Shown: piece after piece, positions 20,210-30,116 of the stretch | Position numbering within the stretch: the first letter of the stretch is position 1 | Layout: the number at the start of each line of letters is the position of its first letter | From: Candidatus Poribacteria bacterium | GTDB lineage: Bacteria > Poribacteria > WGA-4E > PCPOR2b | DNA length: 64,000 nucleotides | Assembly: GCA_965208675.1 (NCBI GenBank) | Contig: OZ242351.1 | Location: forward strand, 2,304,001 to 2,368,000 | Direction: 5' to 3' | Translations under genes and position numbers: made by a program | Notes under the pieces: generated by a model | What the model saw: the letters and a program-made list of their open reading frames with translations, nothing else | Databases searched by the model: none | Told to the model about the DNA's origin: nothing

Positions 20210-21457
20210 CTAATCTATCAGTTGTGAAACTGTCGCAGCCGCGGCGGCGAGCGCTTCTTCTACGCGGCGGTTGGTCTCTGCATCAATGGCGTTGGGATGG
20301 ATGGCAGAGATGGGTCCGTCTTGGTGAAGGTCACCGGAGATGACGGTAATCTGATCGACAGGGAATAGATCGAGGGTTTGGGCAAACGGTTCGATTAAAT
20401 CCTCAAACTTTTCAATGATGTAGGTTGTCAGCCCGGGATCGCCTGCCGAACGGAGGATTTCGATGGTTCGCTTGAGTTGGGTGAGTTCGGCTTGCGCCTG
20501 CCCTCGGATGGTCGCGGCTTGAGCTTCCGCCTCTTGAATCATCTTTTCTTTTGTCGCAGACGCGGGGACGATGGTATCCGCCTCGCATCTTGCCCGCACC
20601 ATCTCGATTCGCTGCGTTTCAGCCTCAATCTGCGCCTGAATGCCCGCGACCTCAGAGTCCGCGTTGCGGGTCTCTTCCTGCGCATCAATGGCGCCGCGCT
20701 GATTCTCTTCTGCAGTCTTGACCTTTGCCTCTGCGTCGATCCGTTGATGCTCGTTTTCAAGCTCGCGGACAGACACTTCAGCCCGGCGTTCTTCCGACTG
20801 CTCCTTTGCGGCGGCGCGCGCGTTCGCTTGCGCCTCCCGGGATTGCGCTTCGGCATCGGCAGTTTGAATGCGTTTGAGCAGCGCGATGTACAGGTCGGGT
20901 TCTTCAACGCCTTCGAGCCGATGATCGTCCACGTCAGCGATATTCATGGTGGTGATTTCCAGGCCGATGCCTTCCAGATCGGATTTGCAGACCTTAATCA
21001 TGTTCTGGATAAGCTGGTCTTTCTGGCTCATCACCTCTTCGGGCGTCATTGCTGCAATGGAGTCGCGCAGATGCCCTTCAATGATAGACGTGGCAATGGC
21101 TTGCAGTTCATCCCAGTTCCGGGTCATGTTCAGGATGCGCTTGACTGCGTTGACAAGCCCCTTCTCGGTTTTCGCGACCGCATAGCTGACGGTTGCTTTT
21201 ACGGTCAGGGGAACAATTCCCTCGGCAATGGCAGACTCCACAACCACCGTCGTGGTTTGAGGGGTTAAGTCCATGGTGCTAAAGCGGTTGATGAGCGGAA
21301 ACACGAAAACGCGCCCGCCTCGGAACGTACTGAAACTGCCGCCTCTGCCGTGCACCACGGCAAGTTCGCTCGGGGGAATCAGCTTCATCTTCATCACAAG
21401 TTGAAGGATTAACGTAATGAAGATGAGTAGTCCGAGTATAATGAGGAAGAGTATCAT
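20210..21457 (-). CDS. Flotillin/SPFH family protein
   Basis: N-terminal TM, GGRVFVFPLI, IIEGHLR..IAAMTPEEV, AEA-rich coiled coil. Confidence 0.9.
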   Translation of the reverse strand: MILFLIILGLLIFITLILQLVMKMKLIPPSELAVVHGRGGSFSTFRGGRVFVFPLINRFSTMDLTPQTTTVVVESAIAEGIVPLTVKATVSYAVAKTEKGLVNAVKRILNMTRNWDELQAIATSIIEGHLRDSIAAMTPEEVMSQKDQLIQNMIKVCKSDLEGIGLEITTMNIADVDDHRLEGVEEPDLYIALLKRIQTADAEAQSREAQANARAAAKEQSEERRAEVSVRELENEHQRIDAEAKVKTAEENQRGAIDAQEETRNADSEVAGIQAQIEAETQRIEMVRARCEADTIVPASATKEKMIQEAEAQAATIRGQAQAELTQLKRTIEILRSAGDPGLTTYIIEKFEDLIEPFAQTLDLFPVDQITVISGDLHQDGPISAIHPNAIDAETNRRVEEALAAAAATVSQLID

Positions 21458-22914
21458 GATGCACCTCCTTGCTGAGTTGTCGCAGATTCGGCGGCATTTG
21501 CCTCGTCTGCACCCCTCTGCGTGATTAGGTTTTTCACACTAATGCCGAAGCCCTGCTCAAAGCATCTCAAGAAATCGACAAATGCCGCTGGACCTCGATT
21601 GACAGCGCTATTGAAACCGTCTTCTTCGTTGAGCACCAGCAAATTATCGACCTTTAACGACTTCGCATGTGAGCGGTACGCTTCAAAAAGGTGCGGCAAC
21701 TGCGTAATGAACAGCGCGATTTTGCCCGTATCTCCAGTCTCTTTGAGTAAATCTACTTTCTGTTGGAGAAGTTCATTCTCCGTCTGCTGAACAATCTCAA
21801 CGGCTTTCCCCTCGCCTTCCGCCAGAATCTCCGCAGCGCGGCGATTGGCTTCAGCCTCCACAATAACCTCGGAACGGTTCTTCAGCTTTTGAAGTTCCGC
21901 CGTGACTTCCTCTATGCGCCTCTGACCCGTACTCCTGGCTTTGACGATGCCGCTGTCCGCCTCAAGTTTTGCGCGGTGGATGGCTGCGTCGGATTGGCGG
22001 CGAAACAGTTCAACGCCTTGCCGAGCTTGAAGAATTTTCTCCGTGGCGCGGTTTTCAGCCACTAACATTCGGCGTTTTGAATCGGATTCGGCGCGTTCGG
22101 CACGCGCTTGCAGCCGCGCCTCCTCGATTTCTACCTCCTAGCGTTTGCGCGAAAGGGTTTTGTTCGCAAGATTGGCGATGTAGTTCGATGTATCCCAAAT
22201 CCGTTGGAGCGACACCGAGACCACATTCATACCGAATGCGCTTAAATCCTCACGGCAATCCTCAAGCAACAGATGCCGGAAGATTGCCCGATCGCCGTCT
22301 TTGGATTCCGGCGTTGCGGCTGGAGGTGAATCGTCCGCGCCTTGTTCGATATTCGCTGCGTTACCCTCTGAAGGTTCGCTAGCGGCGGAAGTTTTGACTG
22401 TTTCTGCCTGCTCCTCACTGTCCACACTCTCGTCCATGCCGATTGCCTGCAACGGCGTGGTTTTGTTGAGTGTCGCACGGAAGTTGCCAATCATTGTCTG
22501 CTGAATCTGTTCTTGGATCTGTACGCGCGATTTTCCAAGCAGTTGCTGCACAGCGCTGTAGAGCAACACCTTGTCCATGTCGTCGATGCAAACGCACGCC
22601 GTCGCGTCCGATCCGACGGTGATACCGTTTGCCGAATTCACATTATCGACCTGTACGTTTATCGGAATGATTGTGATATCAATGAACCGGGCACTCTGAA
22701 TGAACGGAATGACGAAGGTCCAACCGCCTTTTTGAAGCCGGAAACCGTATTTTTTGCCTTCAACGACGGTTTGTACGCCTCCGGTAACGACCAGAATATG
22801 ATTAGATGGACAGACACGCACCAAAGCGCGCAGCCCCGCAATCAATATAAGGAAAACGATGACTGCGAGAACGCCGCCGGCAATGCCGCCGCCTTGGCTA
22901 AGGATTTCTTCCAT
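21454..22914 (-). pseudogene. Flotillin/SPFH protein split by a single in-frame TAG
   Basis: ORFs 22138-22914 and 21454-22068 share one frame. Across the TAG at 22138-22140 it reads LSRKR*EVEIEEARLQARAERAESDSKRRMLVAENR. Confidence 0.8.
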
Positions 22915-22920
22915 TTTTGT

Positions 22921-23589
22921 CTACTCCTTTGCAATTTTTTCGTGCTCGACGTAAACACACTCAGGGGTAACGTTGGTCACCCAAACCGTATCCCCTTTTT
23001 CAAACTGGGTGTTTGGTTCGGCAGCTAGCGCGTACTGTTCGGTCACATTCATACCGACCCGAACACGCACTTTACCCATCGTGTCATGTGTAAGTGGAAC
23101 GATAACCGTTGCTCGTTGGAAGTAAAGTTCTTCTGATTGGAGGGATGAATCCGTGTCGGTGCGCTGGAATCGGAAGAATGCCTGCGCCAACACAAAAGCC
23201 GCCAGCCCCGCCGGCACCGCCCAGACTAAACTCTTTACCGCGCTGTTTCCCAAAGTAATGGCTACCCAGCCGGTAGGTCCAAAACCGAGACAGAAATAGA
23301 CGAGGCTGCGCAGGTAGGAAAGAACCGACAGCACAGCTACCCTGCCGGTCGGGTGAGTGATATCCGCGGGCGCTGTTTTTCCCGAGTGAACTTCATCTGG
23401 CGGCAGATCGGTGTCGAAGTTCATGTTGCCGTGCTCAACTTCGCCGCCCTGCGCATCACCTGCATCGGGTGCGTCCGCAGCGTCTCCGCCATCGTCTTGA
23501 CTTCCGCTCAAGAATCCAAGGAAATCAAGGACTGTAATGCTCACAGAAAACAGTGTACAACCGATGTAAACGCCATTGAGCCAGCCCAT
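22921..23589 (-). CDS. NfeD-like membrane protein (flotillin partner)
   Basis: TM helices plus C-terminal OB-fold-like segment (ATVIVPL..MGKVRVRVG..FEKGDTVWV), directly upstream of the SPFH genes. Confidence 0.75.
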   Translation of the reverse strand: MGWLNGVYIGCTLFSVSITVLDFLGFLSGSQDDGGDAADAPDAGDAQGGEVEHGNMNFDTDLPPDEVHSGKTAPADITHPTGRVAVLSVLSYLRSLVYFCLGFGPTGWVAITLGNSAVKSLVWAVPAGLAAFVLAQAFFRFQRTDTDSSLQSEELYFQRATVIVPLTHDTMGKVRVRVGMNVTEQYALAAEPNTQFEKGDTVWVTNVTPECVYVEHEKIAKE

Positions 23590-23735
23590 CAGACACCTCC
23601 TTGTAATGGGGAAGTTGGAGTGAATGGGGTAGATGACTATGTTGCTCTTGAAACGCCTTAATGGTTTGCGGCGATGCTATTCATCAACCGGTATCTTTGG
23701 CTACTGAACGCCGCTCATTATATCCATTGAGGCAA

Positions 23736-23764
23736 AGATTAACACAAGAATGTTAATGTGTCAA
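23736..23764 (-). promoter_or_regulatory. Sigma70-type promoter with overlapping palindromic operator
   Basis: TTGACA-N17-TAATCT; IR ATTAACA-N6-TGTTAAT at 23738-23757. Confidence 0.55.
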
Positions 23765-23986
23765 GCGTTCTAGCTCGACATCAGCGCCTTATCGGGATTA
23801 GCGGTTCGTGCGTAACGCGGGCAAGGTTTTTTTAGGATGGATTGAGCGGATTATATCAGATACACAACGAAAGAAATATAACGTCATGGATAGAAACTCA
23901 TGCTATTGCAAAAATTCATAAAGCGTATCTCAATGCTTTTCCTAGTTCCGAACCAGTTCCGATAAGCGGAACACATCCCAATTAAC

Positions 23987-24095
23987 AAAAAGCGTTGGGT
24001 TACGCTGCGGCAATCAAAATTCCTGACGCAATCAAATCACTAAACGCGCGCGGCATAGCTACATTTCTTCACCAATACCGCTAAACCCAACCTAC
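23987..24095. repeat. Partial REP-like element (AACCCAAC family)
   Basis: AAAAGCGTTGGGTTACGC ... GCTAAACCCAACCTAC, the same units as at 55.1-55.4 kb and 59.1-59.5 kb. Confidence 0.7.
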
Positions 24096-24221
24096 GGGGG
24101 AATCGCATGTGATTGTAGACAGGTAAGAGAGAAGGGGAAGGGAGGAGGTGACTTGGTTTTTACGCTTAAAAATAGGCTGAGAGGTGTATGCCGCGAGCCG
24201 CAATTTGCGGTTATCGAAGCG

Positions 24222-26858
24222 TCACGCTTCGTCTTTGATAGCGGCTTGCGCCGCAGCGAGGCGGGCAATCGGAACTCGGAACGGTGAACAACTCACATAG
24301 TCCAACCCTAAACGATGGCAGAACTCGACCGAACTCGGTTCACCGCCGTGCTCGCCGCAGATACCGACCTTGAGATCGGGGCGGGTTTGACGCCCCCGTT
24401 CTGTGCCGATTTGCACGAGTTCCCCCACGCCATCCTTATCGAGTATTTGGAATGGATCACCTTCTAAGATGTCGCTCTCAACGTAATGCTCCAGAAATTT
24501 TCCGATATCGTCTCGACTCAGTCCGAACGTGGTTTGCGTCAGGTCGTTTGTCCCAAAAGAGAAGAATTCCGCCGCTTCAGCGATTTCGTTTCCTGTTAAT
24601 GCCGCTCTAGGGAGCTCTATCATTGTGCCGACGAGGTAATCGACTCTGACACCGCTGCCATTGAACACCGCTTCCGCAGTATCAATGACTATCTGGCGTT
24701 GTAACACCAGCTCTTTGACATGGCCGACCAAGGGAATCATAATCTCGGGAATGACTTTAATCCCACGTTTGGCCGCATCCACGGCGGCTTCAAAGATGGC
24801 GCGCGCTTGCATTTCCGTAATTTCCGGATAGACAATACCGAGACGGCAGCCGCGGTGGCCCAACATCGGGTTTGTCTCGCGCAGCGATTCCACTTGCTTG
24901 CGCAGCACGTCGGGGGAACTACCGGTTTTATCCGCAAGTGCGTAAATCTCCTCGTCGGTATGCGGCAAGAATTCATGAAGCGGCGGATCTAAAGTTCGGA
25001 TTGTGACAGGATAACCGTCAATTGCCTCAAAAATTCCGATGAAGTCCTCTAGTTGGTAAGGCAGTAACTTCGCCAATGCGCGTTTTCGCCCTTTTTCATT
25101 TCGCGCGAGGATCATTTCCCGCATCGCATCAATTTGATCTCCCTCAAAGAACATGTGCTCTGTACGGCAAAGCCCAATACCTTCCGCGCCAAATTCCCTC
25201 GCCTTCTTAGTATCCGACGGTGTGTCGGCATTGGTACGAACGCCAAGTTTCCTAAATTCGTCCGACCATTCCATGAGCGTTGCAAATTCACGGCTCAATG
25301 TGGGTTCAATCAGTTCGACCGCCCCGGCAATAACTTCACCTGTTGACCCATTCAGCGTAATGTAGTCGCCTTCCTCGAATTGCAGTGTATTGACGTGAAA
25401 TTCCTTGTTCGCTGCATTGACGACGATGGCGCTGCACCCGGCAACACAGCTTTTTCCCATACCGCGTGCGACGACGGCGGCATGAGATGTCATTCCACCG
25501 CGCGATGTAAGAATTCCCGCAGCCGCATACATCCCGCCAATGTCTTCCGGCGAAGTCTCCGACCGCACCAATATAACGTCCTCACCTTCGTGCGCTAGTT
25601 CCTCGGCACGATTCGCAGTGAAAACTACTTTGCCGACGGCGGCACCGGGAGAGGCGGGAAGGCCTTTCGCAATCACATCAACAGTTGAATTGGGATCAAT
25701 CATCGAATGCAACAGTTGGTCAAGGTCGTTCGGCGGTACACGCATCACAGCGGTCCGCTTATCAATTAGACCTTCATTGACCATTTCAACAGCTACGCGC
25801 ACGGCTGCATGACCTGTCCGCTTACCTGCACGGGTTTGAAGCATAAAGAGGCGCCCATCTTGAATGGTGAATTCCAAATCCTGCATATCGCGATAGTGCG
25901 TTTCAAGTCGACCGGCAGTTTCCACCAACTGATTATACGCATCCGGCAAAATGGTACGGAGGTCGTCAATGGGGAGCGGCGTACGGATGCCCGCGACGAC
26001 ATCTTCGCCTTGTGCATTTACCAAAAACTCGCCGTAGAAGCGATTTTCTCCCGTTGACGGATTTCGCGTAAATGCAACCCCCGTCGCTGAATTGCCGCCC
26101 AAATTTCCAAAGACCATGGCTTGAACGTTTACAGCGGTTTGTCCTTGATCGTCGGGGATGTTGTTCAATCGGCGGTAGATAACCGCTCTTTCATTATTCG
26201 ACGATTCAAACACCGCGTCACGAGCCATATCCAACTGCCGACGTACGTCTTCCGGGAAGTCGGCTCCCGTAGCCCGTTTGACAGCCGTTTTGAATTCCAA
26301 AATGAGTTCTGCGAGATCGCCCGCCTCTAATTCGGTGTCCAGTTCAACGCCTTTTGCCTTCTTCTTCGCTTCCAACAGATGCTCAAAAGTATCATGTTTA
26401 ACGTTGAGAACGACGTTGCCGAACATCTGTACGAACCGGCGGTAAGCGTCGTAAGCGAATCGTTCGGATCCCGACTTGGCAATCAGACCCTTGACCGTGT
26501 CATCGTTTAAGCCGAGATTGAGAATCGTATCCATCATGCCCGGCATCGAAATTGCGGCGCCTGATCTCACAGACACCAGCAACGGATTTTCCGGCTCGGC
26601 GAACTTAGTCCCCATTGCAGATTCGAGCTTTCCCAAATTTTCATCAATTTGTTGCTCTAGCCCGTCCGGATATGTTTTTTGATTCGCGTAATAGAACTTG
26701 CAGACCTCTGTGGATATGGTGTATCCGGGGGGGACTGGTATGCCTAAGTTTGTCATTTCCGCGAGATTCGCACCCTTGCCGCCGAGCAGCGCACGCATCT
26801 CAGCGCTTCCGTCAGCTTTCCCCTCGCCGAAAAAATACACATATTTGGAATGAGACAT
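24222..26858 (-). CDS. ppdK: Pyruvate phosphate dikinase
   Basis: LLGGKGANLAEM, LLVSVRSGA..SMPGMMDT, GGMTSHAAVVARG, GIGLCRTEHMF, FSFGTNDLTQ. Confidence 0.98.
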   Translation of the reverse strand: MSHSKYVYFFGEGKADGSAEMRALLGGKGANLAEMTNLGIPVPPGYTISTEVCKFYYANQKTYPDGLEQQIDENLGKLESAMGTKFAEPENPLLVSVRSGAAISMPGMMDTILNLGLNDDTVKGLIAKSGSERFAYDAYRRFVQMFGNVVLNVKHDTFEHLLEAKKKAKGVELDTELEAGDLAELILEFKTAVKRATGADFPEDVRRQLDMARDAVFESSNNERAVIYRRLNNIPDDQGQTAVNVQAMVFGNLGGNSATGVAFTRNPSTGENRFYGEFLVNAQGEDVVAGIRTPLPIDDLRTILPDAYNQLVETAGRLETHYRDMQDLEFTIQDGRLFMLQTRAGKRTGHAAVRVAVEMVNEGLIDKRTAVMRVPPNDLDQLLHSMIDPNSTVDVIAKGLPASPGAAVGKVVFTANRAEELAHEGEDVILVRSETSPEDIGGMYAAAGILTSRGGMTSHAAVVARGMGKSCVAGCSAIVVNAANKEFHVNTLQFEEGDYITLNGSTGEVIAGAVELIEPTLSREFATLMEWSDEFRKLGVRTNADTPSDTKKAREFGAEGIGLCRTEHMFFEGDQIDAMREMILARNEKGRKRALAKLLPYQLEDFIGIFEAIDGYPVTIRTLDPPLHEFLPHTDEEIYALADKTGSSPDVLRKQVESLRETNPMLGHRGCRLGIVYPEITEMQARAIFEAAVDAAKRGIKVIPEIMIPLVGHVKELVLQRQIVIDTAEAVFNGSGVRVDYLVGTMIELPRAALTGNEIAEAAEFFSFGTNDLTQTTFGLSRDDIGKFLEHYVESDILEGDPFQILDKDGVGELVQIGTERGRQTRPDLKVGICGEHGGEPSSVEFCHRLGLDYVSCSPFRVPIARLAAAQAAIKDEA

Positions 26859-26934
26859 CTTAACCCTCTTTTGAATCGTCCCTATGTTGGTATTGCGTTG
26901 AACAATAGTTACGGATGCGGCATTGAAAATTCAA

Positions 26935-26964
26935 CAAAGAAAATCCCTCCGCAAAGGGAGGGAT
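26935..26964 (-). terminator. Intrinsic terminator after pafA
   Basis: 8-bp stem ATCCCTCC/GGAGGGAT followed on the minus strand by TTTCTTTG. Confidence 0.7.
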
Positions 26965-27001
26965 ATATGAACGCAGATTGGAAAGTTCCGCCGTACCGGA
27001 T

Positions 27002-28360
27002 TTAAATTGAATAAATCATACGGCTTGCTTCGTCAAAATCCACCTGAAAGGGGTTGGTTGAAAGGTAGAGCTTTTGGTAGGGTTCGTACAGTTGAATGTA
27101 ACTCCAATTGACGCCGCAGAGCACCTTCCTTTCGTTTGCCAGCTTTACAAAACGCCCCCGGAATTTTGCGCGGGTGGTTTCCGGTGGATAGTGCATAGCG
27201 TTCTCAATATCCTTATCGGTAACCATTTTTTGAACAAGATCTTTTTTTTCAAGTTTATAATACAATCCGCGATCTGGGCGGATATTGTGGTACTGTAGAT
27301 CGAGCATCATGACTTTTGCCGAGTCCCATTTAAGGCGGCGTTGGGTGACATAGGTTTCAATCAATTTTTTCTTGGCGACCCAATCCAGTATTCGATCTAG
27401 TTGCATAGGGTCTGTTTCCAAACAGGTCAAAATACCTTCCCAGTACGCCATAATCTTGTTTTCGTCGGGACTCGATTCTTCATGCTCAAAATACAGTTTA
27501 GCGCATTCGAGATACTCTCGTTGAAGTTCCACCGCAGATAGCCGCTTGCCGCTCTCCAATTCAATCTGTTGGGTACAGGTCGTATCTTCCGAGATTTGCT
27601 GGATTGCTCGTACAGAATCGCGCAAAGCCAAACGCTTTTTTATGAAATTGTCCTCAATCATCCGCAAGACAATTGAAGTGGTTCCAACCTTTAAAAATGT
27701 CGCTAACTCAGACATATTGGAATCGCCGACGATAACGTGCAACCGCCTATATTTTTCTCGATCGGCGTGCGGTTCATCGCGTGTATTTATGATTCCCCGA
27801 GCTGTTGTCGTTGCAATGGAGATTTCCTCACGGATATGCTGGGCGCGCTGAGAAATAACGTATTTGCCTCGGTTGGTCGGTTTAACTTTGCCGGCGCCCG
27901 CAAAAACTTGGCGAGTGACAAAAAATGGAATCAACTGTGAAGCGAGTTGACGGAAGCTAACGTGCCGCTCCATTAGGTAGTTTTCGTGACAACCGTAGGT
28001 GTTTCCGGGCGTATCCGTGTTATTCTTGAAAACTGAAATTCTCCCAAGGAAGCCATCAAATCGCATCTTACGTTCCGCAGCAACGGATAGCCGCTCAATA
28101 ATCCGCTCACCGGCTTTGTCATGAATCACGACATCCGTTACACTATCGCATTCGGGGGTGGCGTATTCCGGATGGCAACCAATATCCTGATAAAATCGAG
28201 CCCCATTTTCTAGAAATACATCCGGATACATTCGTCCAGAGATGATTTCGCGAAAGAGATACATCACGGCATTTTGGATGGATAGCGCTTTGCCGCCTCG
28301 CCGATCGGATGTACAAATTATCCCGTATTCATTTTCTAAGCCATAAATTCTACGATTCAC
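27002..28360 (-). CDS. pafA: Pup--protein ligase
   Basis: RRIYGLENEYG, FLENGARFYQDIGCHPEYATPEC, YGCHENY, INTRDEPHAD..YRRLHVIVGDSNMSE, DLQYH; position after prcA. Confidence 0.9.
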   Translation of the reverse strand: MNRRIYGLENEYGIICTSDRRGGKALSIQNAVMYLFREIISGRMYPDVFLENGARFYQDIGCHPEYATPECDSVTDVVIHDKAGERIIERLSVAAERKMRFDGFLGRISVFKNNTDTPGNTYGCHENYLMERHVSFRQLASQLIPFFVTRQVFAGAGKVKPTNRGKYVISQRAQHIREEISIATTTARGIINTRDEPHADREKYRRLHVIVGDSNMSELATFLKVGTTSIVLRMIEDNFIKKRLALRDSVRAIQQISEDTTCTQQIELESGKRLSAVELQREYLECAKLYFEHEESSPDENKIMAYWEGILTCLETDPMQLDRILDWVAKKKLIETYVTQRRLKWDSAKVMMLDLQYHNIRPDRGLYYKLEKKDLVQKMVTDKDIENAMHYPPETTRAKFRGRFVKLANERKVLCGVNWSYIQLYEPYQKLYLSTNPFQVDFDEASRMIYSI

Positions 28361-29076
28361 GATGATAATATCTCTTCGAGTTCATCCGGCAGGAGACGCC
28401 TGAATTTGCGTCTATTTCTATTTTCATCAAGGACAGCGACTTCAAGCGTGTCAGCCGAAATGTGATATCTCTCATCTTCCTCCGCCTGCGCCTCAATGGT
28501 TTCAAAGCCATTTACAGCAAGCTTTACCGCATCCTTCAACTCTAATCCATCTTCGTACGCACCCTCAAGGAATTCTGAAATTTCATCCGATCGCCCGCCA
28601 ATAATTGCATACTTCTGTTCTTCCCAAAAAGTGCCGTCAAACGAAAGCTGATAGATTCTATGACTCGAATCCGGATCCGCCCTAAGTTCGCAAAGAAGCA
28701 GTTCGACTTCAAGCGGTTTTGTATCTGTTTGCCAGAAAATTGCGGCAATTCGCTGTGAAAAAATGTTATTCGTTAACCATTTCGCAGTAACATCTGCACG
28801 GTTGAACGTATAACCCTTGATTTCTGCTTCTCGGATGCCGAGGTATCTTAGGGCTTCATATTCTGCGATACGGCCAGTAGCGGCGAGTGCAATTCGATCA
28901 TAAATTTCCGAAATCTTGAAGAGTGTCGTCAACGGGTTTTCCGCAACCATCACGATGCCGTCTTTGTATTCTAGAACAATAACCTCTTTGGCTCTTTCGA
29001 TGCCGGTGCGGACAAAATCAGCTTTGTCCTGCATGATTTGTTCCGGCGACACATAATACGGTGTGGACATCAACAC
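28357..29076 (-). CDS. prcA: 20S proteasome alpha subunit
   Basis: PYYVSPEQIMQDKADF, KISEIYDRI, KPLEVEL, LEVAVLD..RRKFRRL. Start may be ATG at 29070. Confidence 0.93.
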   Translation of the reverse strand: MLMSTPYYVSPEQIMQDKADFVRTGIERAKEVIVLEYKDGIVMVAENPLTTLFKISEIYDRIALAATGRIAEYEALRYLGIREAEIKGYTFNRADVTAKWLTNNIFSQRIAAIFWQTDTKPLEVELLLCELRADPDSSHRIYQLSFDGTFWEEQKYAIIGGRSDEISEFLEGAYEDGLELKDAVKLAVNGFETIEAQAEEDERYHISADTLEVAVLDENRNRRKFRRLLPDELEEILSS

Positions 29077-29085
29077 CTCCTCTCG

Positions 29086-29904
29086 TTACATCTCTCTGAG
29101 GCTTGCAATTAATTCAGTGTAGAGCCGTTCGACCTCTGAATCCGCAATGTCTGAAACGCCCGTTCGATCGATGCATTTGATTGTTGGGTAAATTCCACGA
29201 ATCAAATCCGGTCCCGCTGTCCCCAAGTCCTCATCGGCGGCATCCCAAAGCGCTTCGGCAACAACCTTCAATACCTCATCATGGGCCACATCCTTGCGGT
29301 AACGTTTCTTTAAGGTTGTCTGTGCATCCTTGCCGCCGGATCCTATCGCGTGATAATCTGCTTCTTCATACCGCCCGCCGGTAACATCATATTTAAAGAT
29401 CTTGGCTTGTTTCTCCTTTGGATCATAACCGGCAAAAATTGGAATGACATATAATCCCTGCAGCGCCATACCAAGATTCGACTTCACCATGTTTGACAAA
29501 TGATTTGCCTTGCCTTCCAAACTCAAGGTTGTGCCTTCTATTTTTTCGTAAAACTCAACCTCAACTTGGAACAGTTTTGCCATTTCAATACACGGCCCAG
29601 CGACGCCAGCGATCGCAATCGCTGAATGTTCATCTACTTCATAAACTTTCTGGATGCGCCGCTCGCCGACCTGAAACCCTTCTACAGCCTGACGATCCCC
29701 GGCAATAATCACTCCCTCTTTGTAGACAGCCGCTAACACCGTAGTGCCTTTGAGCGCATCAAGTGAAACGGCATGATGCTGCGCGCTTGGCAGCGGAACG
29801 TCGGATAACGACTCCGTGTTGAATGCGGCATACAGTTCAGGACGCCTGCGCTTGAGGATTTCAAGGAAATCGGAATTGCCGTAGTCGGCTACATCAAGCA
29901 GCAC
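29086..29904 (-). CDS. prcB: 20S proteasome beta subunit with propeptide
   Basis: Propeptide then G|TTVLA (Thr nucleophile), AGDRQA, EKIEG..LSLEGKAN, YDVTGG, IGSGG, DAADED..TAGPD. Confidence 0.95.
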   Translation of the reverse strand: MLLDVADYGNSDFLEILKRRRPELYAAFNTESLSDVPLPSAQHHAVSLDALKGTTVLAAVYKEGVIIAGDRQAVEGFQVGERRIQKVYEVDEHSAIAIAGVAGPCIEMAKLFQVEVEFYEKIEGTTLSLEGKANHLSNMVKSNLGMALQGLYVIPIFAGYDPKEKQAKIFKYDVTGGRYEEADYHAIGSGGKDAQTTLKKRYRKDVAHDEVLKVVAEALWDAADEDLGTAGPDLIRGIYPTIKCIDRTGVSDIADSEVERLYTELIASLREM

Positions 29905-30101
29905 TACTGCCCTCCTCTTTGAATATAATTCTCTACAAATTCTTCTGAATCTTCTTCTAAAATTTCGTCAATTTCGTCGAGAAGTTGGTCGAGATCTTCT
30001 TTGATTTCCTCCCCTTGTTCCGTAACTTCCGGATCAGGTTGGATTTCCTCAGCATCTTGAGTCAAGTTATCTTTGTGTTCTTGCTGTTTTTCGGACGGCA
30101 T
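29904..30101 (-). CDS. pup: Prokaryotic ubiquitin-like protein Pup
   Basis: 65 aa acidic protein with DLDQLLDEIDEILEEDSEEFVENYIQRGGQ; strong RBS; lies between dop and prcB. Confidence 0.93.
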   Translation of the reverse strand: MPSEKQQEHKDNLTQDAEEIQPDPEVTEQGEEIKEDLDQLLDEIDEILEEDSEEFVENYIQRGGQ

Positions 30102-30116
30102 TTATCTCTCCTCCTT

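Noticed and set aside
20477-21268. 263-aa plus-strand ORF and similar long antisense ORFs (5054-5674, 14333-14992, 55492-56121)
   Set aside because: They lie opposite well-supported genes and have no recognisable motifs; treated as shadow ORFs.
29904-30101. UBact rather than Pup
   Set aside because: C-terminal LDEIDEILEE..EEFV..YIQRGGQ follows the Pup pattern, not the S/T-G-E/Q ending of UBact.
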